NCBI RefSeq assembly: GCF_009914755.1
Contig: NC_060926.1
From: the human T2T-CHM13v2.0 reference genome, Homo sapiens
Reading direction: 5' to 3' (one strand)
Length of the DNA stretch: 64,000 nt
Positions 12,216-26,340 of the stretch are shown in pieces. Made by a program: the position numbers and the translations under genes. Every line of letters starts with the position of its first letter. The first letter of the stretch is position 1. The notes beneath the pieces were generated by a model that was not told the DNA's origin, searched no databases, and saw nothing but the letters and a program-made list of their open reading frames with translations.

Positions 12216-15200
12216 CACTGTTCCCTCCTCCTGGCCTCAGGGAGGAGTGGGGCGCAGGGTTCTGAGAAGGGGCGGGGTCAGGCCAGGGTTCCAGCCCGGC
12301 TGCGCACCTGAGTGAGTCTCCAGCACTTGGGCAAATGGCAGATTGTGCTCAGTGATCTCCTAAAATGCATGCTTTGTCTTCACTACCCACCTGAAGGCAA
12401 AACAAGTACATTTCCAATTCTTAGTTTTTGAGCAAAGAATGTATATTCTCTAAAAGGTCAATATTAGCATTAGAGTTCCATTTTTATTCCTCTAAAATAG
12501 ATGAGGTTCCACCCCTGCTCCTGTAACTGTAAACCACCAAATCCTGGTATCCAGCAAACTTTTCCACTCCTTTCTCCGAATGGATCACTCTTAACTTTGG
12601 CACTTTGTTTTTTAACTTCTGCTGTATTTCTTATTTTCTGTGACACATTTGAAAAATATTACAGACTGCCTCTCAATATTCTAGCTTTCCACTTCCTTTT
12701 TTTGGCATTTTGAGCACCTTTCCTATGAGTCCTGTCATATTTTCTAAATTTCTAGTAATATTATTTTCTCTTTTCCTTGACATGTCAAAAATGACTAAAA
12801 GATTTCATTTTCTTCGCAAATCCAAACTAACAGTTAAAATATTTTGTATTGCCCACTTAAGAGTTTTCTAGTGATAAGGAAACTAGGACATTTTAGGCTG
12901 TTACTTGTATGCCAAATATACCGTTGTCACTAGGATGTTACTGTGGCTTTCTGGGTTGTAGACTGTGTGTCCAACACAACTTTTCAACACAGGCAGAATC
13001 CTCGTGTGACAAGCACTGTTGTCATAACTTTGCGTATAATAAGCATATTCATAAGTTTTGGTTGCCGGTGATTCTGATTTCCATCGACTTTGAGGCAGTG
13101 GAGTGAATTCGGTTATCCCGCACTAATGTGAGGTGAGAGGAGGGAAGAGGGCCAGTAGGTCCCTGGGATGCTCCACCCACCAGCCATGGAGGAGGAGGGG
13201 CTTCCAGAAAGCGTTTTCTGTGCAGCAGTTTTCCACACCAGGTAGGGCGAAGTCTCAGTGAATGGAACTTTCTCGCTGTCAAGCGACAATATTAACACAA
13301 GTCCTGTGGCTTTGAGTGACACAGAAACAGACTCTCAGCCATTGTCTGTGGATAGGAAGACCCCCTGAGGGTGAGCTAGGTCATCCGTCCTCCCTCTGCA
13401 TCCTCCGTGCGTGGCGAGAGCAGAAAGAGCGGCTGTCAGCTGGGATGCTGGGGACAGCTGAGTGCCAGGAGGACCCTTCCTGCACAGCACACCTGGGGAG
13501 GACGTTGCCTCACCTTGTCTCCCACTCGCCGGGTCCTGACATGCAGCAGGTGTTTCACAAAAGCTTATGAAATCTTCCAGAAGTGGATACAAGAAAATCC
13601 CATGCACTTGATCAACAGAGGCAAGGCATGAAGCTCAGGCCATGTAGACAGAGTGGTGTTGCCCAAACCGCGTTCTGCATCTTTGAAAATGCACACGTGG
13701 GAGGCGCCACTCTCATATCTCTCCTTGGGGGAATCACGGTGCACATGAGTGTATTGTTTCAGAGAAGTCCTAGAGTTAAAATTATGTATAAGCTTTTGGT
13801 TAATTCTGTTTATTTCCCCACGAACCTTTTCTTGCTAGGACTCTTCATGACACACAGTTGAGACCTTGCCTGTGTGCCGTTGTCCAAGGACCTCCTTCTT
13901 TCCTATGGAGCAGGAACATAGGATGTGGTTTGTGCAGACCCTCTGTTCCTGGGACAGTCATGGACCGGGTGGGTGGCTGCATCCGAGTGGGCCAAGCCTG
14001 GAGAACTTGCGCGAGCGTGGCTGGCTGCCTGGCCCCACTCTGCGCCTGGCCCGTGCTGCCTGCTGGGCAGGCTCTTGGCTCTGCGTCAGGGTGACTGGCA
14101 TACCCATGGACACAGGGAAGGTGCGTATATCCGTGTCGTGAGAACTTTCCAGGCCATTAGTGAAGGACGGTTTGGCCCTAATATTATGCCTTCATGGTGC
14201 TGACTTCTTTAGTAATCTGGGATACTGTCTCCTGTTTTTGAGTAATGATTTCAACTTTGTGGGTTAGCCTGAGCGTCTCACATGCTGTTTCTCATTGTGT
14301 CTGCAGTATTACACTTTCTCCAGTGTAGTGGCACCATAAAGGTAAAATATTACAAAATATAACATCCCGACTAGTAAATGTATGAATTTGGAGTCAAGCC
14401 TTCTAGGTTGAAGAAGGGAACCTCATGAATGCAGAGTCCTCCAAATCCCAGGCCATTGCTTCGTGGTCAGTGACACTAACAGCACAGCATCCGAGCATCC
14501 ATGGAGGATGTCCAATGTGGAAGGACACTTCGATTTTCCTGTGACACCTTCAATATCTGTTACTAAACTCCCATTGTCAGGTTTGGAGAAATGAAGGATG
14601 TGGCCCGTCCTTGGCCCCTGTGGAGGGGCCTCATATGATCTTTACGATTTGTGATGATAAATAAGACTTTGACTCCGCAGCCCCCTTTCCTGTCACCTTT
14701 CCTTTATTCCAGTGTCTAGGAGCTTCTCCCAGTACTTGTTAGTCAGTTCTGGAACATCTCATAGCTGTGCAGAGGGGGACAAAATGGAGCACGGCCTCAC
14801 TGAATGTGGGCAGGGAGGGTCGGAGGCTCAGCTGGGAAGTCAGGTCATTGGGGGCGCTGGGTGTTGCTCTTCCTGACAGTGCAAGATGAGTGTTCATTGT
14901 GCATTTTGACCTGTACTTGGATTTCTAGAATGTTCTCACTTTTCTTGTTCAGCCTTTAATTGTTTTCTTATTAATTTACTCACAAAACAACACATACTTT
15001 TAATCATACAAGTCACTTTTCTGTCCTCCAGCTTCTGTCACCTGGGTCTCTATCAACGGACACAGGGCTTTCTGCAGAGCCCCTGGCTTATGGGCAGGTG
15101 TTGGGAAGTTCACACTGGCGTCTCAAGGCTCCTAGCTGTTTTGAAAGCTCATTCTTGTAGCACAAACTTGACACGGAGACTCTCACAGAGTTCTGTGGGT

Positions 15201-16524
15201 GCTCATCTGTGGCTCATGAGAGAATCAAGATTGGGGTTCTGCATTAGGGAAGCGGTAACCTGAGTTAATCCAGTGATCTCAGTTACCTGGGTCATCAAAG
15301 TGGGAAGCTTCAGAGTCACTGAAACTCATTTGTCCTGAATTAAGTGGTTGTGAATAGGACGGAAGGCTTAGCTTGTGGGAACTGCAATGGGAGCAAGAGG
15401 GACAGGATTTCGGGGTGGAAGCTGTGGGGCGTGGCCGGCTGTCAGAGAGAAGGCGATTCACTGGTGGTTGTGGCGTGAATTATCGCCACTCTTTAACGAC
15501 CCCGTTTTTTTTCCCTCCTAGGCTGCAGTCCCTCCTTTCTTGAGTTTTTATTTTTAAGAAATTATAATTTATTTTCAAAGTTTTTTTAATTTTTGGTTAT
15601 AATAGCAGATAATGTATCCCCTTGGCATCCACCCCTCCCCCACCATCTCCATCAGCAGAGGGAATCTGTAGATGCGCGGGGGTGCATGGCCTGTGTGCCT
15701 GCTGCCCGATAAGCTTTCATTCTCAGAGAGCAGTGAATTTTTACACTAAAGTCTCGAATCATTTTGCCCCAATGTTAAGGAACAATTTTCTTACAATCTG
15801 TGCAAAAAAGGCACCCAGATGTTAAAACATTAATGTTGAAATTCTGATTTAAGTACTACATTTTTACAAAAGCAAGGTCTTCTTCCAGTGATAAGATTAT
15901 ATTTAGTTTTGTAACTAGTTTAAGAAGGTGGGCAAATGTGTACAACTGGAAACCCTGCCAGGTCCAGGACACTCACCTGTGATTCCTTTCTTGGGGAAAT
16001 AGTCTAGAATTTACTCTGAACATGGCCAATTCCATTTTAGTAGAGCAGGCTGCTTCATCCTTCCCCAGGTGGTAAGTAGGCTGTGCAAACCCCAGGTCTT
16101 CAGCTGATGCGTGAGAAGCATGGTTTGACTGAAATCACAAAGGATTGGGTCCATTTCTACTCTTCTAAAATCCGGTTATTTTTAGAGAGTCTCAAAGAGT
16201 CAGTGCAAAAGGAGAGTATCTTTCCTTGGATTCTCAAATAGCAACTAGGGCAGTGCCCCCTGCACTGCGCCTCCAAGGGGTGTAATGCATTTCCCTCCAG
16301 AGAAAGAGATAAGAATAAGTCACCAACCAAAGAGAAACCAAAATAATTGGGACTAATTAGGAGAAGGTCAATCTAAACTTGGGTAATCTGTGAATTGTTT
16401 AATTGGAAAAAACCTAATGAAGCTTTAGGCTTTGGCACTTTTATCTGTGTAGAGTAACTCAGACGGAGGCCACTGAGATCCTTGGGGTGTTGGCTTTAAT
16501 GAATAAATTAAAAGTATAATTAGC

Positions 16525-16960
16525 TACTATATCTGTAAGGATGTTTTGGCTGTAAGGAACGGGAAACTTCAAGAGAAGTGGTTTAAACAATCAGGAACGT
16601 TTATCAGGCCACCTAACAGAAGGACTCGAGCCTTCCGTGTGGGAGAGGCTCTGGGGTTGGCCCCCTCGAGCCTCGGGGAGTGGCTGGGCACCCCATTCTT
16701 CCACTGCCTCCCTCCAAGCCTTCACCTTTGGCCTTGGGCTTGTCTCCTCATGATCTCAAGGTGGCAGTCTCTGCTGTGGCTGGCACACTGAGACATGGGA
16801 TGCTGGGGAGAGTAGAGAGACTGCACCGTTTAAACGGTGAGGAGAGGCTTTCCCAGGGACCCCTCTGAAAGCTGCCGCGTGTCTATGCCTCTCTTGTCCC
16901 TAGCCAGGGAGAGGTGATTGACCTCAGGTGGTTTAGCGGAATCAGCCTTTACTTCTCGTG
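16525..16960. mobile_element. Old ERVL/MaLR-type LTR relic
   Basis: ttttggctgtaaggaacgggaaac...tggtttaaacaa...ctcatgatctcaaggtggc motifs; degenerate. Confidence 0.4.
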
Positions 16961-17026
16961 TCTGGAAAGGGATTCAGGCTCCGCTGAAATGTATGAATAG
17001 TATTTGAAAAAATTTTGAATTTTTGA

Positions 17027-17319
17027 TTTTTTTTTTTTTGAGATGGAGTTTTGCTCTTGTTGCCCAGGGTGGAGTACAGTGACACAATCTCAGCTCACTG
17101 CAACCTCCGCCTCCCAGTTCAAGCGATTCTCCTGCCTCAGCCTCCCAAGTAGCTGGAATTACAGGCATGCACCACCATGCCTGACTAATTGTTTGTATTT
17201 AGTAGAGACGGTGTTTCACCATGTTAGTCAGGCTGGTTTTGAACTCTGGACCTCAGGTGATTCACCTGCCTCAGCCTCCCAAAGTGCTGGGATTACAGGC
17301 ATGAGCCAGTGCGCCTGGC
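17027..17319 (-). mobile_element. AluSp/Sq-like
   Basis: gagttttgctcttgttgcccagg diagnostic; full dimer. Confidence 0.93.
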
Positions 17320-17360
17320 TGGATGTTTTTTTTTTTTTGGGTGAGGAACAACGTAGGGAG

Positions 17361-17675
17361 TGGCTCTGAGCTAGGCAGCTGTGGCTGTGAGCTAGGCAGC
17401 TGTGGCTGTGGGCTAGGCAGCTGTGGCTCTGAGCTAGGCAGCTGTGGCTGTGGGCTAGGCAGCTGTGGCTCTGAGCTAGGCAGCTGTGGCTGTGGGCTAG
17501 GCAGCTGTGGCTGTGGGCTAGGCAGCTGTGCCTCTGAGCTAGGCAGCTGTGGCTGTGGGCTAGGCAGCTGTGGCTCTGAGCTAGGCAGCTGTGGCTGTGG
17601 GCTAGGCAGCTGTGGCTCTGAGCTAGGCAGCTGTGGCTGTGGGCTAGGCAGCTGTGGCTGTGGGCTAGGCAGCTG
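17361..17675. repeat. Minisatellite, 21-bp unit x15 (tggct[ctga/gtgg]gctaggcagctg)
   Basis: Counted from the sequence and from the 7-aa repeat in ORF 17323..18264. Confidence 0.95.
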
Positions 17676-18329
17676 TCAGGGTACAGGATGTTTAATCTGT
17701 GCCATCTGCCCCTTCTTCATCATAGAAGGAGAGGTCCGTCCTCTCCTACCCATATATCCCCTCCTTCCAGATGCTGGATCCTCTCCCGCTCAGAACCTCT
17801 CAGGACTGTGTGTCATCAACTGCTTAATAATTTTCTCTCTTTCCTTGGTGTCTTTAGCTTCTCCCATGCCCGAGTCCTTCTGGCTGGCATATGAGCACAC
17901 TGAAATCACTCTTGTTATGAGTAAAAACAACTCTTTCTTGGTCTCAGTCCTCTTTGAGCGTGTCTGTCTCCCCTCATGCGTGGAGCTGGTCTGCAGGGAG
18001 TGGTGTCTCCTCACTTTCTCCATCTTCTCCCCTCTTCTTTATTTCTTCAGGCTTCTGTCCATAGTGGCAAAAAACAGCTCTTCCGCTCTGTGCCACCAAA
18101 CCCAACACATTCCCCAGTTCTCGTCACACGGGACCTTCACCACCCATGGCGCTCCCGGCCACTCGCTTTTCCTTGCAATGCTGTCTTCCTTTGGCAAGAG
18201 AATCTCGTCAAACGAGACTCCTGACTTCCCTTTTCCCTCTGGCCGCTCGTTGTCCTTCTCTTAGGCTTCTGATCATCTCACTGGCCATCAGATGCTGGCG
18301 TTCAGCAAGGATGAGGGGTAGGGCATCTT

Positions 18330-19160
18330 CTCCTCTCACTCTGGATGTCCTCTCTATGTGATATAAAATTCTGTGTCACCCCAGTGTCAGTGTGTGTGAC
18401 CTCCAGGAACATATGCACATCTGCTGAATTAACACCTCCTGTAGATGTCCTAAGACACTGAAGCTCAGCAGAGTGAGAATGCAACTCGCGGTCTCCTTCC
18501 CCTGTCCTCAAACCTTCTTCTCTGCATGAATGACACCCAGATCCATTCAGTAAGACAAAAGAGAAACTGAAGAGGTATTCCTGAGAGTGACCTCTTCAAC
18601 CCTTCTGTATCCTGATCATCTTGGACTCTGTAGTTTTACCTCCTAAATGTGTCTGGAATCTCTCCACCCCTCTCTGCCTGTGTTACCATCTCTCTGGTCC
18701 CACTTAGCATCCTCTTTTGGTTAGATTGCTGCTGTCACTCCTGCTTTTCATGCACTGACCTCCAGCAACTCTGAAGCTCAGCGCTTCTTCCTGCAACAGG
18801 GCTGTGCACATGCTGCTCCATGCACCAGGCCTGTTTTCCCATCTGTTTTTATATATTAACATTGTTTCATCCTTCAGATTTTACATTAGTAGTCAATTAC
18901 CAGAGGATGTCTTTGTTGCTTTCCCATATATGTTAAATACTATTACATTCTCTTTCTGTTCCATGTACCTCTCCTTGTAGCACCTGTCACAGTTGTTTTG
19001 TTTGTGTGACTATTTAATTAATATCTGTCTTCCCTATAAGACTCTCGACTTCTTGAGGGCCTTGTTTGTTTGTACTCACAATCACTTGTGTCTTCTGGCA
19101 TTGTGGTATTCAGTATGGTGGGTGTCCTCTATATACTTGCTGAATAAATGAATGAATCAG
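18330..19160. mobile_element. L2 fragment ending in the gaat-repeat tail
   Basis: Degenerate L2 3' region ending tgctgaataaatgaatgaat. Confidence 0.6.
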
Positions 19161-20359
19161 TGATTGATATCACATCGACTATTCTTTAAAATAACATGTT
19201 TTTGATTGACATTATGTTGATTATTCTTTAAAATAATGTGTTTTTACAAAGCTTATTTTTTTACGTGGTTTGAGCACTCACCATAGAGTTTTATTCATTG
19301 CGACTGCTTTTCTACATAAGCTATAGGAAGATAATGCTCATACAGCCTTGGTCTGAGTTTTCAGAAGGTCTGAGGTCTGGGCTGATGGGGTCTGCCATAC
19401 TGAAGACATACCTACAGGTCTGCCTCGCCACGGAACACTGTTCTTGCACATTCAAGGTCAGCTGGCAGGAGCTGTTGGGTCTTCATGGCTCATTACTAAT
19501 GGCAGTTCTTTTTCTCTGGTCACACAGTGAGAATTCACTTCTCTACCCACTGTGACTCAGGGTGGCCATGCCACCTGCCTTCCCTGATGACAGGTGAGTG
19601 GTTCCAGGAAGGTGCATGAAGAGCCAGTGTGTGATTTCCCACACCGCATCTTCTCTTCCTTTGCAGTCAGGAAACAGGAGGCGCCGGGGCCTCCATCAGT
19701 GGGTTTCCTGAGTGGCTGTGTGGACGGGACTCCTCCCGGCCAGCTGCCACGCATGTGCAGCACGCATACTTGGTTGGCGTGTTATTGCAGCCTCATCAGC
19801 CTGTCCTGACTGCTACAGAAATATAAAGGAAGTTGGTCCTGGAGAGTCTTTTCTTTGGTCACAGAACCACATGCTTCTCCCCAAGAGCAGGGAGAGGCTC
19901 CAGGACACAGATTAGGACAGATCCTTGTCTTCTGCCAGTGTGCCATGAAAACTAGGAAATAACCATGGAGAGTGAGAACCCACTGCTATGTGAGGAGTGA
20001 GGGCAGGCAGGCTGTGGAGGGCGTCTGCTGACCAGGGAGCAGAGGGCCCTGGGTGGGGTCCTCATGGTGTCCCAAGAATTACAAAAGCACCTGCTAACCA
20101 GAGGTCTCTGGAGCGCCCACGCCACTCCTTAGAAGAAAGAGGTTTCTCCAGCAATTTTACCAAGCAGGTTGACATTTTCTTGGAGCCAAACACAAAAATG
20201 CAGAGTGGATGCCATCCTGCATCTGGAGAAACTGCAGTGACTTCCCCAGCTCTACCCATAGAAGTGGTCTAGAAGGTTGCACTATTTCACGTGCTCTCTG
20301 ATTTTTTAAAAGGAGTTCCACATAAGTAGTTGATAAAATGCGGTGTATTTTCTCCCCAG

Positions 20360-20428
20360 AGACAAGCTGAGATAGTTAAAGAAGATGAAGAGATACATGA
20401 GAACACCCCTGATTTTGAGGGCAACAAG
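20360..20428 (+). CDS. DCDC2C: Internal coding exon (69 nt, phase 0 to 0), RQAEIVKEDEEIHENTPDFEGNK
   Basis: ttttctccccag acceptor and strong AAG|gtgagt donor; purine-rich open frame, too short for the ORF track. Confidence 0.88.
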
Positions 20429-23124
20429 GTGAGTTCATTTTATTTTGTGTTTAATGGCTTGGATCTAAGGCACCTGACACTTTGAACAGAGCTCACGTTT
20501 GGTGGTGAAAGGATCTGAGATCACAAGTCGCTTCCAAAACACAAGCCAGCACGGAATCGGAAGCGAGTGCATTTCGCAGGCAGCCGTGGACACGATCGGG
20601 TTTCCTGTGCCAGTCAATTACATGAGTCATTTTAATCACATCTACACTTGTCCTAATTACTTTCCGCTCTACTTCCAGTCACAAACCTAAAAACTTTTCC
20701 CCCAGCAAGTTTCAAGATGTACTTTTAGCTGGGAACGTCCAGGGAGGTGAAGGAAGGCAGCAGGTGTGCAGGTGGCTGTGTGGAGTGGACACCTGGGGTG
20801 CTGACTGGCGTAGTTTGTGGCGTGGTGTCAGTGGCTGGTCCCGCCGGGGAGCACGAGGGTGAGGGCGTGCGGTGCCTGTGTGCAGATGGCAGTGGAAGCC
20901 AGCGCAGGACGCTTGGCAATGTGGGTTCTTGCTCGGTCTTCTTCCTATCTGGATGTCCTGGAAACTTCCTCCATGCAGGGAGCGTGTGTCTGTGGTCCTC
21001 TATGAGATTATGCAACTTATCGTCCACATAAAATGTGTGTATCTGGAAAACAGAATTTACTTTAAATGTATCATTTTTAGCTAAGAAGTGGACTTTGAGG
21101 ACTTTGTTTTCAGAATTCTGTCTGTGGATCTTTATTTTTGTTTCAAGGTAGTCTCTTGTTTTTAAAAGTTTGGCGGCAGTCAGGGAGCTGTGTAAATTGA
21201 TCATCGCACAGGAGGCTGTGTAATGAGCTCCCGGATTCATTAAGTCTGAGAGTTGCAGTCTGATTTATCCTCCAGGGCTGTAAACAGGCGGGGACACTCG
21301 CAGCCTTGCCGGGAGTCACTTTTTTTTTGCTCTTAAACTTGCCCTGCAGCTTCCTGGCTGCCACCTTGAAGAAAGGGGAAGAGTGACCCCTAGGGAGCTT
21401 GTGCCAGGGTGCTGGAGCCACGCAGGTCACCCCCGGCGCCTGACACAACTTGGAACGGGTGTTTGTTGGAAGGGATATCGGTCCTCAGGAAGTTAGTTCA
21501 GGTTTTTTAGAAAACACCAAAGCAGCTTCTGATCTAAAACAGAGAGTCAAACAGAATACACTTGTAAAACAGCTCATTCTTCTTCATATTCCTGGATAAT
21601 TGTGGAAAGGTATCCTGTCTGTATCTGGATGAGTAGGGAAGACTGTCAGACGAAGAGCAAAGACAGTTTTTTATTTCTTTGGCACCCTCCGTCGAGGGTA
21701 AGAGTGTGTTCTGAGAGCAGGAGTGAGAGTGCAGACATTTGTCTTAGAGCATTAGGCTAAGAGGGGCAAACAAGCCACCGGCTTACCTGGCTTGCCCTCA
21801 AGGAGAGGGTGCTCTTATGTGAATGGCATATTTCAACAGCGATATAATCCAGGCCTTCTGACTGCCGTGAGTTTGTGGTGTCCCCTGAATCCCTTGTGCA
21901 CACTGGCGGTTGAATTTGTCATCTGTGCTTAACTGACTTGTTACGGAAATCTACTCAGGCTGCTGGGGGGATCCATGCGTATTAGTGACTTGATAACAGC
22001 CAGTAGCAGATTTAATTTCTTAGAGTGAATCAAAATGTCTTTCTTAATGTAAGCACTATCACTGGAATTCAATGGCAAACCCAAGCACCTAGTCCTCAGG
22101 TATCCGGGCCAAGGATCTAAAAGGTGATAGGGACAGCCATACCTTGGTTCTCTTGCCTGAACATTAATGACGGGAGACAGGACAGGGAGGGCTGGGGAGC
22201 AAACGAAGGCATCCCGAGCTTCACCGTGCACCAGGCACTGCGCAGCCGTTCCCACATACCCAGCCCTGTCTCCACTGCACAGTCGATCTTTAAGGAAGGC
22301 AGAATAAACAAGATTAAAAACAATGAGATGGGGAGTTTAGGTAGCTTGTCGGCGTCACGCAGGAGGTGATGGGGCTTGGATTTGAAGCTCGTTTTGAGCG
22401 ATTCCAAAGGCTGTGTTTTCTTCTTCCAGTGAACCTTGCTGGTTATTTATATATAACTTTCCGGAAGAGGTATTTCCTGTATCAGGCTTCACACTGTGTC
22501 CCTCGTAGATACCGTTGCTTCGCTGGCGCCACCTACTGCTTCAAGGGGTGCAGGGTGGCTCAAGTGTTTCAGTTCTAACAGCTCAGTCTTTGCTTCTAAC
22601 ATGACTGAAACAAACCTTTGTTGATGTGAAGCAACTCATGGGGTTGAAGGTAATTGGCCCTAAAATTTGGCCCACGTTTTTGAGGGCTCAAGAAGAGCAA
22701 GCGTTTTATATGCATTATACTAGCTGTAATAACAATGAAAAAGAAGCAGGACTCAATTAGCCCTTCCTGGCCAATAGGCCACGGTGAGCTAACCCTGCTC
22801 TCAATGAACTGTAGTTCACTTGGCATTTCATTTGTACATTCATTTGACAAATTAATCATATGACATTTATTTGATATTGATGATATTAAAAATTTTAGGC
22901 ATATGATTGCCGGCTTGACCTCCTCAAAGACCGGGATTGTGTCCTGTCAACTTATGTATCATTCAGTGTCTTATATACAGTAGGTGTTTAATAAATATCT
23001 GCAGATTTGCTTTCAGTTGCCTATGATGAAGTTACTTAAATATGTAATCCTGGAGTAAAATGCTAATTACCTTGCAAAGTTGTAAGAAGACATATTATAA
23101 ACTTTATTTATAAATATGTATTGT

Positions 23125-23567
<443 letters not shown>

Positions 23568-23997
23568 TCACGTTCTCCGTGTTGCACAGTCACGGCTATG
23601 GTCTGGTTCCAACACCTTTTCGTCCCCTCACACCGAAACTCTGTGCCACCTCCCTGTCCTGCGCTAACTCCCCGTTCCTTGCTTTGCCTAGCTCCAACTG
23701 TGTTGTCATTTGAAGCACTTAAAACAATCCCGGCCTGAAGGAGCTGTTCAGATGCAAGTATTATGATGGGATCCTCCTCACGCCACAGCTCAGGGTGCAT
23801 TCATTTTATAATTATGTATGTCAATAGCATAGAAGTGGGAGCAATCAAAATCAAAAGCAAAAATAGAACTGTGCTTTTGGATGACACTTCCTCATCCTCA
23901 GAATATTTTAAACATGTTAATTATACAATCACTACAATTCTGACGATATTGGGCACTGTAATAACATTTTTCATCCTTAAAGATGGAATGTTATTAA

Positions 23998-24323
<326 letters not shown>

Positions 24324-25439
24324 TTCTCCAGTTCTTAGTGCTTGATTTGTTTGGACTCATTGGTTCTAAAACATCTTATGTGCAAGCAGCACTGTTTAAT
24401 TTACGCTACCTGCAAAGTTTGTAAAGCAATGCGTAATGGTTTTGAAAAGGTTCAATCCCTTTCCAAAGCAAGATGGAAAGTATGAATGGCAATGCCAAAA
24501 AATGTATCCACAGGCCACGTGCTCAGGGCTCTCTCCAAGGATGACACGAGCTTCCTATCCTTGGAAGTATCTCCGTGCGGTCTGTAGCCAGCTCTGGAGG
24601 GATGCTTTAGAGAAGGGTTATGCATAGGAGTGGTCGGGTATTGTGTGACTCAGGTTTTTCTCTGATTCTCAGTTATCGACCTTTCAAATAGTATTTAGGT
24701 GTTTCATACTTTTGAAAAAGCTGTATAAAAATTTCATGGGTAATTTTGTGTATTCAATAAAGAGAGAGAGGGACAGGAAGAGGGAGTGGGAGATGGACTC
24801 TGATTTGGGGTTATGATTTTCTCTTCCTCCAAGAGCATCCTGTGCATGTTCTGGCCTATCTGGAGCTGTGCCTGATGCCTGCTGCACCTCTGCCTTTCCA
24901 GCTCTCACCCACTTCCAGGGCTCACTGCAGAGCCAGCCTCGTCCTTACGGCTCTCTGGATCCTTCTTCCCCAGGGAGCATCTCTTCCTCCACTAACCTCC
25001 ACTAGTATTTTGTTTGTCCTTCCTACGCCGTCCAAAGCACAGTTTGGCTTTAATTAGAGCTGTTTGTGTACGTCTACTGTCTCTTCTGAGTGACTTACAT
25101 TTTCTGAAGGAAGAGTCTCGACTTAATTCATTTTGGTGTCATCGTTAGTGCCTTTCATATCACCTTGCACACAGGAGTAACTGATCTTGAGCTTGATAGA
25201 GACTCTGGAAGATATTAGGTGACCAGTGTGTGGCAGTGGAGGTAGCGTGGGGCATCGCAAGGCCTCTGGCCTGAGGCCGGAGTGTGGCCAAGCAGGAGCT
25301 GAGCGTGGCCCCAGTAGAGGGGACTAAAGATGAAGGTGGATATTCAGTGAGTCTCAAAAGGCTAAATCAGAAGAAGTAATTATCTCCAAAGCCTTAGTGT
25401 TTATCTACATGAAAATCAAACTTTTCTCTTTGGAAAATT

Positions 25440-26340
25440 TCATAAAGTTAAAAGCTAAACAAAATAAGGAAGAAAATATTTGCAATACAAATCAAATTTT
25501 CTTGATTTACACAAGTCTCATAAATCATTAACACAAAGCCCAATAAAAAGAAAGGCAAATAAGACAAACAGGAAATTCACAAAGAAGAATACAAATTTCC
25601 AAAAGACATAAGGAAATATGTCCATATCATTCCTAATTAAAGAAATGCAAATAATAAAAATGAGGTTTTTTTGTTGTTAAATCAGATTGACAATGTCCAG
25701 TGCTTAATAAATCCAGATTAGGGATTTGTTTTACAACATTCCTCTTGCAGATAATTGAATGCTATATTTTTATGTTAATATGGATGCAGAAAAGTAGCAA
25801 TACTTCTTATTAGGGTCATGTATAAATCAATGCAGCCCTTTGGAAAAGAGTTTTTGCTCTTTCTATTAAAATTAAATCTGCACTTTTTTTAAACCATTAT
25901 CATAGCTAGGAATATCTTCTGCACTTTTTTAAACCATTATTATGATAGCCAGGAATATTTTACAAATATATTAATTAACAACTATTAATATTTGTTATAT
26001 TAAGATTCAATAAAGAGAGAGAGGGACAGGAAGAGAGAGAGGGAGATTGACTCTGATTTTGGGGTGATGATTTTCTCTTCCTCCAAGAGCATCCTATGCA
26101 GTTATATTAATATAACAAATATTAATATATTACAATATATTAATGACTATTAATAGAAACAAATGCAGTGTTCATCCACAGGGTTGGTTGATTAACTTAT
26201 GTTTTACCAATAGAATGGAATACAATACAGCTGTGAAAATAATTAGATAGACTCATATAACAGAAGGATGGGAGCTCCAAGATGTTATATTAAGTGAAAA
26301 AAAATCAAAGTGCAACAGAGAATACAGGTATGACATGCGC
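25440..26340 (+). mobile_element. Highly diverged L1M fragment
   Basis: aaaatatttgcaa, aattaaagaaatgcaaat, aatagaatggaatacaatacagctgtgaaaa motifs of the ORF2 3' end and 3' UTR. Confidence 0.55.

Noticed and set aside
17323-18264. 313-aa ORF with Cys/Gly heptad repeats resembling a keratin-associated or metallothionein-like protein
   Set aside because: The repeat is the translation of a stop-free 21-bp VNTR. The ATG lies at an Alu edge and the remainder is pyrimidine-rich repeat-like sequence.
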